Shown here piece after piece: positions 13,018 to 26,769 of a DNA stretch of 64,000 bases. The translations under genes and the position numbers were made by a program. The stretch's first letter is position 1. Every line of letters starts with the position of its first letter. The notes under the pieces were generated by a model, which saw only the letters and a program-made list of their open reading frames with translations, had not been told where the DNA came from and did no database searches. Location of the stretch: positions 11,162,001 to 11,226,000 of the forward strand of contig NC_087438.1 in the NCBI RefSeq assembly GCF_036321535.1. Reading direction: 5' to 3'. This DNA comes from Camelus dromedarius. Taxonomy: Eukaryota.

Positions 13018-14520
13018 CTTTGCCTTTTCCCTGAAATAGGAAATACATCTAGACTTTGACTCCTGGATGATCCAGACAGGAGACTGAATATCCCATGAAA
13101 GAGGGCTATCTTCTTGGTGTTTTCTTGGTTCTTTTCAGTTTTCTGTTTGTAGTGATCAGAAAAGACACATCCCTTTGTATTAGATAACAAATGCTTGGCC
13201 TCATAATTTTGGGTTAAATAATTCTTTCTTGGTGGCTTCATATTTTAAGTCTGTGATAATAACTGAGTATGGCTTGACTTTAAAATACAGTTTTTGTTTC
13301 TTTGTCCTTCGTACCCGGACTGCCTAGCAGAACATTTCATTTCCTACGAAGGATGGCTGGTAACTGTAGCTGTCAGTTGCTTACATCTTTTACTTCAGTT
13401 GTTTTCAAGCTGACAGGCAATAATATAAGTTGAATAAAATATATTAAGTATTTTTATGTCTATTGGGAAATATGGTGTAATCTCAGGCTACGTGTTTTGT
13501 TTTTGTTTTAGCAGTTCTAAGAAGCCTGTCTCTTTGAACACTAGTCCAGGGAGCAAAGAGCTGCAGGTTTCTACAAAAGAACAAGAGACCTATAAACCTA
13601 TGAATTATCGGCAGCTCACATCCCTGGCCCTTGGAGATACAGCCTCTATTACCTGCATTAGTCTGTACCATAAGATTTTGTATTTGATTTATATTTTTAA
13701 ATGGGACCTGGGTTTAGTGGTTTATTAAATAATGTAGGAATAATGTTTGTCAGAGAAATTATTAATATCGTATCTTCTTTGAGGCATTAAACTGGGTTTG
13801 TAGCTCGTGGCTTTCATAGACATGTGAAGGATGATGACTTCTGAATCTGACGATTAAGGTTTTATAGTAGAGTGATAACGTTTAAGTAGCTAGACTTTAT
13901 AAATAAGCAAGAAGCGATATCTTTGGAATTAAGAATAGCATTTCTGTTGCTAGTGCTCAGTGAATGACAAAATTCACCAGAGCTGATGTAAAGCTCTTGC
14001 TTAACAACAGCTGGTGTAGATCACTGCCATTTAAGATACATACCTTTAAAGAGATTGCTTTTTTGGGGGGGTCCTTAATAATTTGTTGGAACTATAAAGT
14101 TGAGATGAGGTAGTTGGCTGTCTGAATTTTGGGCCATCACTTTGAAAAGTCATTCCCACGTGTGCATCCATCTCATTACAGTAGTCATCACAATCTTTCT
14201 GACGCTCTGATTATCTCTTTGTCTGACTTTCCTATTATTTTGCAACTGCTTTAAGGGCAGAGGGGCTTTTTCTGATCATCTTTGTATGCTGGGCCTTTCA
14301 TAACACAGTGGTGTGAGTACAGCAAACATTAAAATGTGTTCCAAAAAGCTGAATTGAAATGAAAGAAGAATATCGGTTCTCCTGCCTTAAAGGCTTTATT
14401 AAACAAAGGCTCCAGAGTTATGAGATTTTATGTAAAATATTTTGAGAAGCAGCCTTGTTGACAGCACCTCCTGAGAAACTTGCTTCATTTTAATCTGCCC
14501 ATTTTAGCCTTTATTTAAAT

Positions 14521-14635
14521 CACGTCTGACAGGCGTGACTCATTCGCTCCTTCCTCCCAGTCCAGCGAGTAGCCTCTTCTCATCCCCAGACCCTTGGCTT
14601 AATGTGGTTCCTGGTGACGTCACCTCACGTGGCAT
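14521..14635. promoter_or_regulatory. Candidate intronic enhancer: AP-1, full CRE and E-box cluster
   Basis: TGACTCA 14536-14542, GGTGACGTCACC 14613-14624, CACGTG 14626-14631 in apparently non-repeat DNA. Motif evidence only. Confidence 0.4.
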
Positions 14636-17007
14636 TCACTGTCTGCATCCCCGGGTCTGGGTTCTTCAGAAGACTGGCTTCCATTGTCCTCCGTGGCAGG
14701 AGAGCATGCTTTTCCTTCCCCTGGTGTATGTGAGCTTCCTCTGGGCATCCCTCATGTTCTAAAGAGAGTCATCATATGGAAAATATCTATTCGGTACAGG
14801 ACAGAGAGTAATTGGCTCTCCATTAGCCAGCTGCACTGCATCTTCATGCAGTAGGACTTCTGAAAAAGATGTGTCCTCGGTGACATAATCATTTTCAAAT
14901 GCATTAAAATGGTTTCTAGTTGTTTTTGTTTTTGCTCTGATTCCTATAATGAAACATTATTAATATAGAATGTTGTGTGTGTGTGTGTGTGTGTGTTTAA
15001 GGGTGTAGTAGTTAGAGACCTTGAGATCTAAATACACCCTTTGATCAAGTTTGCGTTTTCAAATTGTTAAGAAAAAAGAAGCTGGAAGGTCTGGCTAATT
15101 ATTTTACAAATGCAGTCTGTTGTATTTGTCAGCCACCCCATGTCTCCAAGGCACACTGCCTGAGTGCTTTAATCTGTGGTAATGCTTAGTCCAAACCCCA
15201 TCCGTTATAAAAATAATGAGAGGTTATTGGGGTTGATGTCCACGTTTCCTAGCTATAATGATGCCTGTGTGATCTTGTTTGTTTTGAAGAAGTTGTTGCT
15301 TATTGCAGGTTTGCATGGAGCTGTTTTTCTGCAGCACCTGTGGTTTTGTCCTTTGGATTCTGTACGTTGTTTATGGGATGAGTGATCATGGTTGTAATTC
15401 GGGAACACAGGGCCGTGCAGGTGTTTCCCTTGGCTGATAGGAAGGCTGTAGTTCGTCCGAAGAAATACAAATGTTAGCTGGCCATCACCCATAACATAAA
15501 ACGCTTCTCTATTATACTGGGAAAGTGCCTGGAGCTATTCTTGTGAGAATAGAGAAATTTCTGGAACTTTCTGCCAACAGAAAAAAATATCCTTTTATAT
15601 ATCCTGTTTTACATAAAACAGAGGAGTGGAGAACAGCTCTTGAGTTGTCATGATTTGAAAAAACTAATGAATTTCTTGAGATAAGACACAACAATGCATT
15701 GAAAAAAAAATCCCTTTTGGGCAATAATTAGGATGTGATTCCCAGGAGGCAGAGACTTGATCTTTTAAGAAAAACAATGTTGTTCCTAGAATGATACCAA
15801 CTATAAAAAGGACATCAGTGAGTCTGACTGGTCAGCCTTTTGAGTGGTTTTGGGGAAGCTCGGTGAATTTGGAACTTCTGAATCTTCTTAGGCAAAGACT
15901 AAACAAACTAGCCCAGCTACGGTCTCAGATGTAGTTCTGGAAAGGCTGGAATGCACTAAATACTCTAAGTGCATCATCCAGTACTTTTAACATCGGACCC
16001 CTCATGAGATTGTCATGCCCCCCGTGATGCTACAAGAGATCCAAAGTACTTTCATAATTTAAGCAGGAAATAGCTCAATCACCATATGTTTAGGAGGAAA
16101 GTTGATACAGTTCTAATCCCATATGAAGCAAACACAGGTGTACTAATTCTATAAAACAAATATGTTCAACTTTTCTTGTCCCATCGCGTTCCCCTCCCCC
16201 CCAATTTTTTTTTAAAGTGTGGCGGTGAAATTAACTTGAAATGGAATGTTTTGGGATCAGCTAAATGTTTATGTATGCTTTTGTCAGACATGACATAGAA
16301 CATCTTGATGAAAAATAAATTATTCAGCCGCTTTAGGCATTCACTGTTTCCAAGTGAGTTACATGTTTGTCATCAAATAGATATATATAGATAGACAGCT
16401 GTTGCCAAAAAGTGCTTTTTTTTTTTTTTTTGGTGGATGTCAGTATATTAGTTTGGTGAGACTGAACAGCGTCATGGCCTTTGGCATTTTCATCTTTTCA
16501 TATTTCTGGATCTTAATGACTTGAAACTTATGGGTCCCTACCTCAAGTGGGAGGTTGACAGTATGAGAGACAAAAGTGGTGATATTCCTCATTTTCACGA
16601 CAACATATAGGAAAAGGTATTATAGCTCATTACTCATGTGTAGCCACATTGAAGGTCAGACTCCCCGTCCCACCCCTCAGCAGTGTTTGGCCATAAACAG
16701 TGTGGGAAGTTGATTTCTTCAGGGGAATTTGAATATATTACTGTTGGGCTCTGTGAATGATTGGTATCCTAGAGGGATGTAGGACCCCAGGATGCTACCT
16801 CTCCTGTAGGCCACAATTTGTCCATTAGTCTGTGGCTTTAGAATAGAGCCTGTAATTCCTTATCCAGAAAAACAACATGTCTGAAGGGGAATAATGAAAG
16901 TTATAAAACACAGATGCTTCCCTAAGCTAAACAAAATTGCTTTACAAAAGGGCAAGAAGTCACATCTCCAAATAAAACATTTCTAGCCTCTTTATTATTA
17001 TGTCACA

Positions 17008-17539
17008 GTGTGTTCTGGTGACTGTTGCTGCGTAACAAATCACCCAAAAACTGAGTGGCCTAAAACAGCAGCCGTTGTTTTATGGTCCCTTTTGGTTTTT
17101 GTGGGTTGGATTTTGGAGAGGCCTAGGCAGGGTGGTTCTGGGGCTGAGCAGTGGCTGAAGCTGGCACATAAGGGCTGGAGCAGTCCTGGATGGGGCTGGC
17201 CTCTCTGCCTGTCTGTCTGTCTCTCTGTAGGGTCTCAAGGCCTCTCCTTGTGGTCTCTCCACGTGGGCTAGTGTGGGCTTCCTCACAAAATGGCGGTCTC
17301 AGGGCAGTCAGTCTGTTTACATGGCAGAAAAAAAGTTTCAAAAGTGGTTCATTCCAGTGGACAAGGTGAAAGTAGCATTACCTTTCACAGCTTACTCTCA
17401 GAGGTCACGCATGTCACTCCCCCCCCGGACAAGAGGAGACTCCATCACTTGATGGGAACGTAGCCAGTCTAGAGGACATGTGGAATAGAATGTAATGTGT
17501 TAGTGTGTGGTCCTCTTCGGAAAAATATAATCCACCACA
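17008..17539 (-). mobile_element. MLT1 (ERVL-MaLR; MLT1G/H-like) solo LTR
   Basis: ttgctgcgtaacaaatcacccaaaaactgagtggcctaaaaca...gggcttcctcacaaaatggcgg...ggaaaaatataatccaccaca. Confidence 0.85.
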
Positions 17540-19139
17540 GTGTGCTTTATAATAACTTAAAAACGAAGTTTTAGTCTCAGTTCCTGGGTAAGCAAACTGA
17601 GAAACTGTCCTTTCATAATCTTTGAACAAGACTTGGAATATTTAACTCCTTGCTTTTGTAACAGGCAGGTGCCAGGCCATGCCCACCTGGGGGAAAATAT
17701 TGATGGCAATGTGAACATAAACCCCAGGGTAAAGTAGTGTCAGAGGTGCTGGAACAGGAAAGGGAGCAGGTGATCCTATAAAACTCACCAGTTGCCCTTC
17801 CTGTGTGTGTCTCAGGCCCATGAAATGTCTCTTGGCTGCTCATGGTCTATCTCAGGTGTCTAGGTGAGCAGTCAGGCGTCTGGGAGAATGTCTCAGGGAC
17901 ACTTACAGATGCAGCAGTATATTTTAAGTATTTTAATGCATGGTTAGAAGGAGAAATGGCAGATGGGAGGCTGGAGTCCTATAGTGGTCCTGCTCTGAGC
18001 TGGTGAGGTGACCCCTAGCAAAGGCGTCTCTCTAGATCCGGGATTATGAGTTATGCCAACCACTAGTCATGGTGGAAAAGTTCCAGCACCTGGAGACAGA
18101 TGCCACTAGCTGATGGGCAGAGCCCTCTTGCTTCCCCACATACAACCAAGGTCACACTTTAAAGGACATCGTATCTGCAAAATCCTCAAAAATCATATTA
18201 GCGGCCACTTCAATATGTTGACCAATTTTACACATACTGCATGTAACGTTGGACATATTAAGTATCATTTGTAATGATCCACATCAGCAAACCCCCTACT
18301 GAAACCTCCATTAGCTGTTGTTTATTCTTTCAGATTAACCCTTTACCATGAGCTAGAGGATGTTTGAGGGACTCAATTCCAAATACCGTGCACTGATGCC
18401 CACCCCATCCTTCCATCTCCCCACCCCCTCACTGCTGCCTGCACCGGACAGAAGTGCCCATGTTGAAGTTGGTGGATCCACCCGTGCTCCTCCTTGCTCT
18501 GTCCAGGATGCTGTGCTCAGAGAAAACAGCCTCTGGGGCTTGGATGGAACCAATATAGCCATTTTTGCCAGTTTTATGGGGCCTCGTCTCTCTGTTGTGG
18601 AAATTTCTCCCAGACACTTAAGCCTACTTGACAGGCTGTCCCTTTGCAACTGGAAGACTCTCAGACTTCGGTCTTATAAACGAAACTCTTTCTTTTGTCT
18701 GTTTGCCTACTTTCCCCTTCCCTCTCTCCCTCTGTTTACGAGCTTATGTGAGCATTTATGGATGTGGTGCGCCTGTGTGTGGACTTGTGGGGTGGGAAGA
18801 AGGAATGAAAGGTGGGAAAGCAAGATTATTTCTGTTCCATATCCAGTTCCTTCCAGGAGCCCAAATATCACAGTGCTGGCATAATCCCCTCAACACAGGC
18901 TTCCTTTGAACCCACTCCTTACACTAAAGTGTATTCCAGGTAGATGAGAGAGTGAAATACATAAACTGAAAATTGAAGAGGCACCAGAAGAACGTCAGCA
19001 TGATTTATTTTCTACTCTGGGTTAGAGAAATCTGATTGAATAATGTTAGGATATACGAAAAGTGTACAGGAAATGGTGAGAAAATTTGACCATCTATGTT
19101 CTTCTATGTAGGAAAAAAAGGAAAGAGAAATCTGTATGT

Positions 19140-20220
19140 TTATACAAAAGTATGAGTCTACATGGGTATGACATCACACATGTGGAATTATGCCACACAT
19201 GCTACTTTGTAACTTCATTTCATTTGACAGTGTCATTGACATATTTCCATGTCAATAAATGCATCAAATTTTAATGTTTGTATAATCTTCCTTTGGATAT
19301 GACAATTTACTTAACCAGTCCTGTCCTGTTCTCTTTTCATACAAATAATTAGATGCACAGCGTTAGGTATAAGTCTTTTGAACTTGGGCAATTCTTAGGC
19401 TAAATTCTGAGAAGTCTTGGATTCAAGACTATGTTCATGTTAAATTTTGATACATGTTGTCAGCTTGGCCTCAGGAATGGGGACCACCGTCCCCTCTTAC
19501 TGAGTGCTGCAGGCTCCGTGTTGCCCACATCCCACTGTTGTGGATTTGGTTAATCTTTTCAAATCTTTTATAGTCTCACTAACACACGCACAATTTCCTC
19601 TTATTTTCATTTTCACTTTTATGATTACCACTAAGATGGAACATTTTCACATGTTCACTGACCACTTCTATGTTTTCTTTGGTAAAGAGCCTAATCCTGG
19701 TTTACTCATCATATTGTTGGGCTTTTATCATCTAGTATTACGTAGTCACTGTTCTCTGTCCAAAAAATGTGTTATTAATATGTTCTGTAGTTTTTCAAGA
19801 AAAATTTTCAACTTTCCATATGGTAGTTTTGGGGTGATTTTCAATTTTTTTCATTTCCTATGTCATTTCTTCTTGGGGATGTGCTTTATTCTGAATTTTT
19901 CTGTCTCTTTCCTTTTTTTGCTGCATAGAAGTTCTACCTTGTTATTACATCACACTTACGCATAATTTCTTTTATGATTTCAGCATTAAACAGATTTCTC
20001 TAATCTGGACTAGAAAAACTTCTACACTCAACATTCTTCTAAGTATACCCTTTCAGTTTTCAGTTTATGCATTTAATGATTCATTTATCGGAAATATATT
20101 TTAGTTAAAGGGGCCAGATCAGATCTAGCTTTATGATTTTTTTTTCTAATTATTAACCAGTTGTCCCAAAATATTTGTTGAAGCATTCAGCTCTCCTCTT
20201 ATTGATTTGAGATGAACTGT
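19140..20220 (-). mobile_element. Old L1M/L1ME fragments
   Basis: T-rich degenerate antisense L1 ORF2/3' motifs, e.g. ttatgattaccactaagatggaacattttcacatgttcactgacc and ccagttgtcccaaaatatttgttgaa. Confidence 0.65.
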
Positions 20221-20507
20221 CACTCTTAACCATGGACGGAATTTCTGTGCACCTTGAGTTTATTTTTAAAGACATGGGTATTTCTCATTGCTTTTGGGAC
20301 AAAGACTTCTGTCCTTAATGTGCCTTGGAAAAGTCTTGTGTGATCTTCTTTCTGTCCACACGTTGTCACTGCTTGCTCTGTGTCCCACATGTGAGTCTTC
20401 TTTCACTCCCAGATGTCATGTTCCTTCTTGCTTGGGGCCTCTGCACAGGCTGTTCCTTCTGCCTGACACTTTCTGGACCCAGGTGCCTTTTGGCCTTCAG
20501 TTACCTC

Positions 20508-20519
20508 ATGTGTGTGTGC

Positions 20520-20556
<37 letters not shown>

Positions 20557-21024
20557 GTTCCAATAAAATTTTATTTGAACTTCATTTAATTTCATGTGTC
20601 ATAAAATATTATTCTTGTTTTAAGTTCTCCACCCTTATCCCAATGATTTGAATGTGTGAAAACCATTCATAGTTCATGGATTGTATAAAAAGTAGGAGCA
20701 GATAGGATTTGGCTTGCGGGCTGTCCTGTGCTGACCTCTGAACTCGGTGAATACACTTTCATCTGGACCATGAGTTGCATCTCTCCCAAACTTCATTTAA
20801 AAAGAGAGCTTTCATTATTATTTTATTTTAAAAAATAGTTTCAATTCTGTGCCCATCCCTGCTAAACATTTACTTTGATTTCTTAGCCCCGAGGCTGCAG
20901 CGAGTGGAAGTAAGATTTCACTTCCAGTGTTAAGAATGCATGCTTGACCATTTTTAGAAACACAGTTTTTGTCTTGAAAGCCCTTTGGGCAGATAGCCTC
21001 AAATTTAACTCAGATTACTTTTAC
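20508..21024 (-). pseudogene. TSD-flanked retrocopy/orphan transduction of an unidentified transcript 3' end
   Basis: 19-bp direct repeats tttggccttcagttacctc at 20489-20507 and 21025-21043; minus-strand AATAAA at 20570-20575 followed by a (CA)n tail. Confidence 0.65.
20556..20740 (+). mobile_element. MER58B-like hAT MITE fragment carried inside the insertion
   Basis: tgttccaataaaattttattt...aatttcatgtgtcataaaatattattc...aaaaccattcatagttcatgg...ggatttggcttgcgggctg...gacctctg. Confidence 0.75.
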
Positions 21025-23899
21025 TTTGGCCTTCAGTTACCTCTTAATTATCAAGGGAGGCCTTCCTTGATTTCCAGTCTTTAAGTTGAGCTTTATTCCT
21101 TTCATTTCACTTTCGCAGAAATCCATTCATCCCCTTTTAGAGTCTTTAGTTACAAGCTATACATTAGTCAGTGTGATGATTTGATGAGTACCCCCCTCCC
21201 TCAGTGGGCTAGAAACTTTACTCTGTCAGGGACTGCCTGATGTTGCTTATGATTGTATCCTCATCGCCAGCCACATGGTTGCCTTCAGTAGAGATTTCTT
21301 GGCTGCCAAATGAGTAGATGAATGGATGGATAGACACGCATGCCTCTACTCTTTTCTGGGCACCAGATGTTATTAACTGAGTGTGTATAGAAGGCATGAT
21401 GAGAAGCTCGTCGCTAAACTTGACCTCTGGGATATCTTTGAAGAAGAGATTTGTGGTCAGGTTTGCCGGGGTCTTGAATCCCCTTTGATTTTCAAGCCTG
21501 AGTCAGATGCAGATAATTCTTGCCCTTTTTCTCCCTCTTGAACCCTGGAGTGGTAGTGAGGTTTCCCAGGGTCCAGGATGCTCCAAGATTGCCTGCTCGA
21601 GGCACATGGGGATCAGCAGGAGCTCATCTGGTCTTGCCTGAGACGCACCCAGTTCTTGAGGGTCTCTGTCCCAGCTTACGGATCCCATGATAGATTTACT
21701 AGTGGCTGACGCTGGACCTTAGCCTGCAGCAGTGAACTTCCTGGTCTCTTGGTTCTCCTAGGGGTGGGGAGAGGAAGCATGATCATCAAAGAATTCTGTC
21801 TTTGTCCTGGGACCAAACTATGATGCACTGAATCCATTTGATTGAAAAACCCAGAGTGGAAAGTCAGCTCCTGAGAGCATGTTTAATGCCTTTGAGAAAA
21901 ATATTTCTTTTAAAAGAAGAGACCATCTCATTTGCCTGCCATCATAGGCTATTAAACCAATGGGTTCTGTCACGTCATGCACACAAGTGCAGCACGACTG
22001 CCAAGTGGAATCCCTTTGGGCGACTCCATTCTAGGATGCTGAAGCAACCAGATAGATGTCTTTAAGAGGAGACTATAATTTATACCTAGTGAATTAGCTT
22101 ATGATTCCTCCTCCTTCTTCTTAATTTAAAACGTGTCTTAAAATGTGTAACTGTGTTTAGCAGTAGGGGTTGAGGAGTAGAGCGATCACCATATGTGAGA
22201 TTTGACAATTTCCAACACATACCAGAAGGAAGTGGATATCTTTGTAATTTTTATTGGATAGCGAAGACTGAAAAGGATGATGAGGCCAAACCATGAACCT
22301 ATTTGTACCACATGGTTACTCGTTGTCTTTGCTCGTACAGAGAGAAGAACAGATGAGACCAGTTAAGTGGGTTACAGAAGTGACAAGACTGAGAGATGAG
22401 AAGTCAGGGTAGCCCAGGCTACTGTTACTTCACGTAATTTCCCCAGGGATATAGAAGCCACCTGTTTACATGGAAAATTTGCCTCTTAGACATTTTTCAG
22501 AGCAAAGGGAATAAATGTTCACGATTAAAAGTTACATTTCAAAACTATCCATTGTCATTGTCAGCAAACTTACTAGGCTGTGTAGTAAAAGTTCGATTTT
22601 TAATCTCGTTTTTCTTTGGTTGTTACTGTTGGAGAAATGCGTAGATTGTGTAATATGTTGATAAGAAGAGGGAACATTTCTCCTCCCTTTTCTTCCATTC
22701 AAGTCTCAGATAGCCACTGACTAAAACTCCATCAAGCTGCTTAAGCTAATAAATCCTGATGAGTTGTTAAAACTGATTTAGTTTTATGCTAGAGTTGTAT
22801 CATATTAAATATTTCTTGTCAGACCCATTGGTATGCATTACACATGAGCATGTAGCTTATTAAATCTAAATCAAATTCTTGTTCAAGGCTGGTCACCCAA
22901 AACGTGATCTCCTTTTTAATTGTGAAATGCCAACGAATGGCTGTTCCCAGAGGAAGCTTCCCTTTGGCTTATTTTAAAGTGGATGATGTAAAAATGATTA
23001 ACTTAGGAATCAAGAAAATATGTGAAACTACAAGGCCTGGAGCCAGTCTCCTAAGTTGGATCCCAATAAGCCTTTAAAAATATGTGCTGTCGTTGCAAAG
23101 CTCATTTTTCCAAGCTAGACTCGAATATTAGAGTCTAGCTAAGAACTTCTTTTTTTTTTTTTTTCCATGTTTGCTCTATGCAGAATCTGGGGAGTATCAA
23201 GATTGATGAAGGAATCAGGGTTGAGGTTTGGGAGCCAGCGTTAGCACTTCTGCGTGATGACAAATCGTGCCCTAGCTCCCTCCTTTGATTATATTTATTC
23301 CTTCTCTCTCTCTCTTTCCCCCTCCCTCCCTCTTTCTTCATCTCTCTCTTCTTCCTCCTCTCTTTTCTTCCCCAAAGCACAAAGTGATAGGTTGGAATAG
23401 AAGCACCTAATTTTCATGAAGCACTCCCTCTGTTAACCTCTGGATGGAAACTTGAAAACAAAGTTAACTGCTTTGGGATCACTTAACCAGGAAGTTATGG
23501 TGGGGAAACCTCTCTTTACTAGTCCTAGTCAGCACCAAATCTCTAACTCCTGTTCCAAAAGACAATTTACAATTCAACCCAAAGTGAAAACAATAGAGAA
23601 TTAGCCCACCCGGATCTGGCATCATCGCACCTCTTGGCGTGCCTTTGTAACTAATGGGGTCCTACAGCTCTCAATCTAAAGCACACCAGGAAGTCAGCCG
23701 GAACTGACAAATCAGTTCAGGGCTGTAAACTATCTTGGTAAAAACGCTTAGTAAACTCTGGCCACAGGCTTTCATAAAGAGGCCCATTGGAAGAACTTCA
23801 GTAAAATAAGGACTATTTAAATTTTCGTTTTAGCCATTTCTCTTGTGCATGCTTGTACAGGAGAAGCGAAGGCCAGCGCAGACATTTGGTGAGATTTCA

Positions 23900-24540
23900 G
23901 GCAGTATTGTAAGTTCCATCTGTTTCTATCCATCTTCCCTGTCTTGCCGATGCCAAACCATCATCCACTCCCACCAGAATGAGTTCAGTAGCCTCTCTGA
24001 TGCTTTCATTCTGAACTTCCCTCGTCCATCTACAATCCAGCAGCTAGAATCATCATTTAGAACAAACATCTCTCATTTTCCCACTGGAAAACCATCCAGT
24101 GACTTCCTGATTCATGTAGATGGACTCACTAAAGCCAAATTCTTTTTGATTGCCTCTGGGTACTCCATGATTTGCCCCTTCCCTACATCTCCCCGATTCC
24201 TGGAATATTCCAAGGTCAAGGCCTTTGTAGATCCCAAATCCTTGGTCTGGAATGGGCTTGTCTCTTGCATGGACTGCTCCAGGGACTTTTAGATTTCAGC
24301 TCAAAGGTCCCCAACTCAGCTAAGGCTTCCATGACCCCTCCCTCTAATAAGCCCCTGCCCCCTTTTCTTCAGTGGTACCCTATGCATTTCCTCCAGGGAC
24401 TCGGTCAATTTTGAAATTCTGTCTGTATTTATTTTTGTTTCCTAATTACGTACTCTGCCTCCCTGAAGTTGGGGATCTGATTTGCTTTATTCACTGTTGT
24501 AAATCTCAGCTTTGGTCTGGGGTCTGGTACAGAGGATGAG
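23900..24540 (+). mobile_element. L2 LINE fragment
   Basis: Sense L2 3' motifs: ccaaaccatcatccactc, ttcagctcaaaggtcccc, gctttattcactgttgtaaatctcagc. Confidence 0.7.
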
Positions 24541-24559
24541 TGATTATGGTTCAAATGTC

Positions 24560-24655
24560 TTATAAGTTATTTACAAGCATTGTCCCATTTTACAGATGAA
24601 GAAACTGAGGTACAGTGATGTTCAATAATTTCTTCAGGGTCCCAGAGCTAGTAGG
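24560..24655 (-). mobile_element. MIR SINE fragment
   Basis: Core cccattttacagatgaagaaactgaggtacag. Confidence 0.85.
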
Positions 24656-25906
24656 GTTTAAAAACACTATCTGTGGAACATGACTTGAATGAATGAATAA
24701 ATGCATCTTTATTAATGTAACATGTGCCTTCTAGAAATAATTGTTTTAGAGATTAAAAAAGAAAATCTTAGGATGGGTCAGCTAAAGAAAAAGTCATTAA
24801 ATAGCATGTTTTCCTAGCTAAGGTGGAAGCTCTTTCGATCCTTTCATTCCCCCATCCCCAGCTGTTTAGCATATGTTTTTGTTTTTCAAACTTTTTTTTT
24901 TTTGTTCCTAAAAACTCTCTAAATTCTGGGATCCTTGACAAAGCCTCACTGTTATGCCAGGTTGAAACTCAGCCACCCATATTTGCTCATTTTGCATCAG
25001 ATTTACTGTCCAGCAGAGGCAAAACTGAGGTCACTGAGTTAAAACTAGACTTCTACTTTACAGCATTATGTCTGGTGTAACGTTGAATTCAACAATTTAT
25101 TACTCAATGTTGATAGGCTTTGGGGAGCGTGTTGTGTGATTTATTTGCTGTCAGAACTAAATGGTCAAGTTTTTAAAGTGAATGCTATTCTTCCCCCAAA
25201 TAAGTTATCACTTTCAGAAATATTTTAAGCTGATTTTACTACACATTTTACCGTATGTATGTGTAAATCTGTGACTCTGGTCATTATAGAAGACCTGGGG
25301 CACAAGGCAAAGGTGATGTTTTAATCTCAACTCAATAATAGTTTATGTGCAACGGGGATGGATATATACATATAAAGTTATATTTATATGACTTTCCTCC
25401 CAGTTGCAGAATGTCTCTCTGACGTCTATCCATGTTCCATTTCCATGCAAACCACGGAATAATTACTTAAATATGAATTTTTGAAGGCCAGTGCCATCAG
25501 AACCCTTCTTTGTTCATCTCTGAAGATTTTATTCTAATTTCTTTCTTTTCAAAAACTTAACTAGCTCCCTTTCCCCCTCTTTCTTTTGATATTGTTAATG
25601 TGTTACTTCTTTATCCATCATATGGAAATCAGTGAACTAGTGTGGATCACAAAACCCCCTTCTTAGCAGTAGTTTCTCAAGTTTCCCTGTTATAACTAAT
25701 GGAATTACCTACAAAATATATACGGTGAGAAAGAAGGATGAATACACAAGCAGAAGAATTGTGAGAAAGCCCATGTTCTTGACAGAGCATCCAGTGGCCT
25801 TGGGTCTTAGTAGACAGCCCGTCTGCACCTGTGTTTCTGGGTGGACACAGTACATGCATGGTGGAGAGCATCACGCTGAGTATTTGTGCTTAGAAAGCCT
25901 TGATGA

Positions 25907-26023
25907 ACATGAAAACGAAAATATGTGTGTATGTGCATGACTGGGACATTGTGCTGTACACCAGAGATGGACACATTGTAGCTGATGGTACTTCAATTAA
26001 AAAAAAAAAAAAGAAAAAAGAAA
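25907..26023 (+). mobile_element. Young 5'-truncated camelid L1 3' end with poly(A)
   Basis: gcatgactgggacattgtgctgtacaccaga...tacttcaatt(A)n; 13-bp TSD aaagccttgatga at 25894-25906 and 26024-26036; TT/AGAA endonuclease-type site. Confidence 0.9.
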
Positions 26024-26769
26024 AAAGCCTTGATGAGTTGCATGATTTCCCTCTTAATTCTGTAAATCAGAAGGAATGGCTTTGGAAGCTGTCCTTAGAA
26101 AAGCCTGAAAGACAGGGTACCTCCTGGTGGTAGTAGATTCTGGCTAACATGTGGCCCGAGTAGCTGTTTTGTTTTCTGAACGTCCCTGTGGGGTTTCCCA
26201 AGCCAGGTTTGGGCTCAGCCAGCAAGTCTTCAGTGCTGTCGTCAGACATGATGATGCACAGATGAGATTCAGATGGCAGCTGTGGACCCTGCAGCTGTGG
26301 GTCCCAGTGACTTCCCCAGCTGCTCGGCAGCTCATGAATAGAACTGTGAAGGACTGGCCAGAACTCAGTCCTCTGTGTTCAAAGGAGAAGCCAAGATGGG
26401 TACTTCATTCACCATCCTGAGTCCATGCTATGTTTTTTCCTTCAAGGATGGATCTAAACTTGCAACATGTTCTCAGATATCTTTGATCTTGAGAGTCAAC
26501 AGTGGTATGAAGACATGCATGGAAGAGGCAGGTGGCAGAGTGGGAAGTCACTGAGTCCCAGCTGGGCCTGATCTCTAGGGTGAAGAGGAAAAACAAGAGT
26601 TTGAGAATTGCACAGACGCGGAGGGAGTACAAAAGAAAAGATGGACATGTGTGGGAGGGACTGGAGTCTGTTCTCTGGTTGCTTCTGGGTGCAGGCAAGA
26701 TTCAGAGAACCTCCTGTCTTCAACCACTCAGACACGCAGGCTTGGCAACATTTGCCCTTCTGAGCACTT

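Larger units (their letters stand above)
20380..21330 (+). mobile_element. L2 3' end split by a 517-bp insertion
   Basis: gggcctctgcacaggctgttccttctgcctg before the insertion; agggaggccttccttga...aatgagtagatgaatggatgg after it. Confidence 0.7.

Noticed and set aside
18360..18884. 174-aa ORF
   Set aside because: No recognisable protein similarity or exon structure; length is compatible with chance in 64 kb.
19504..19965. 153-aa hydrophobic ORF
   Set aside because: Antisense of a decayed L1; the T-rich composition gives F/L-rich pseudo-membrane peptides.
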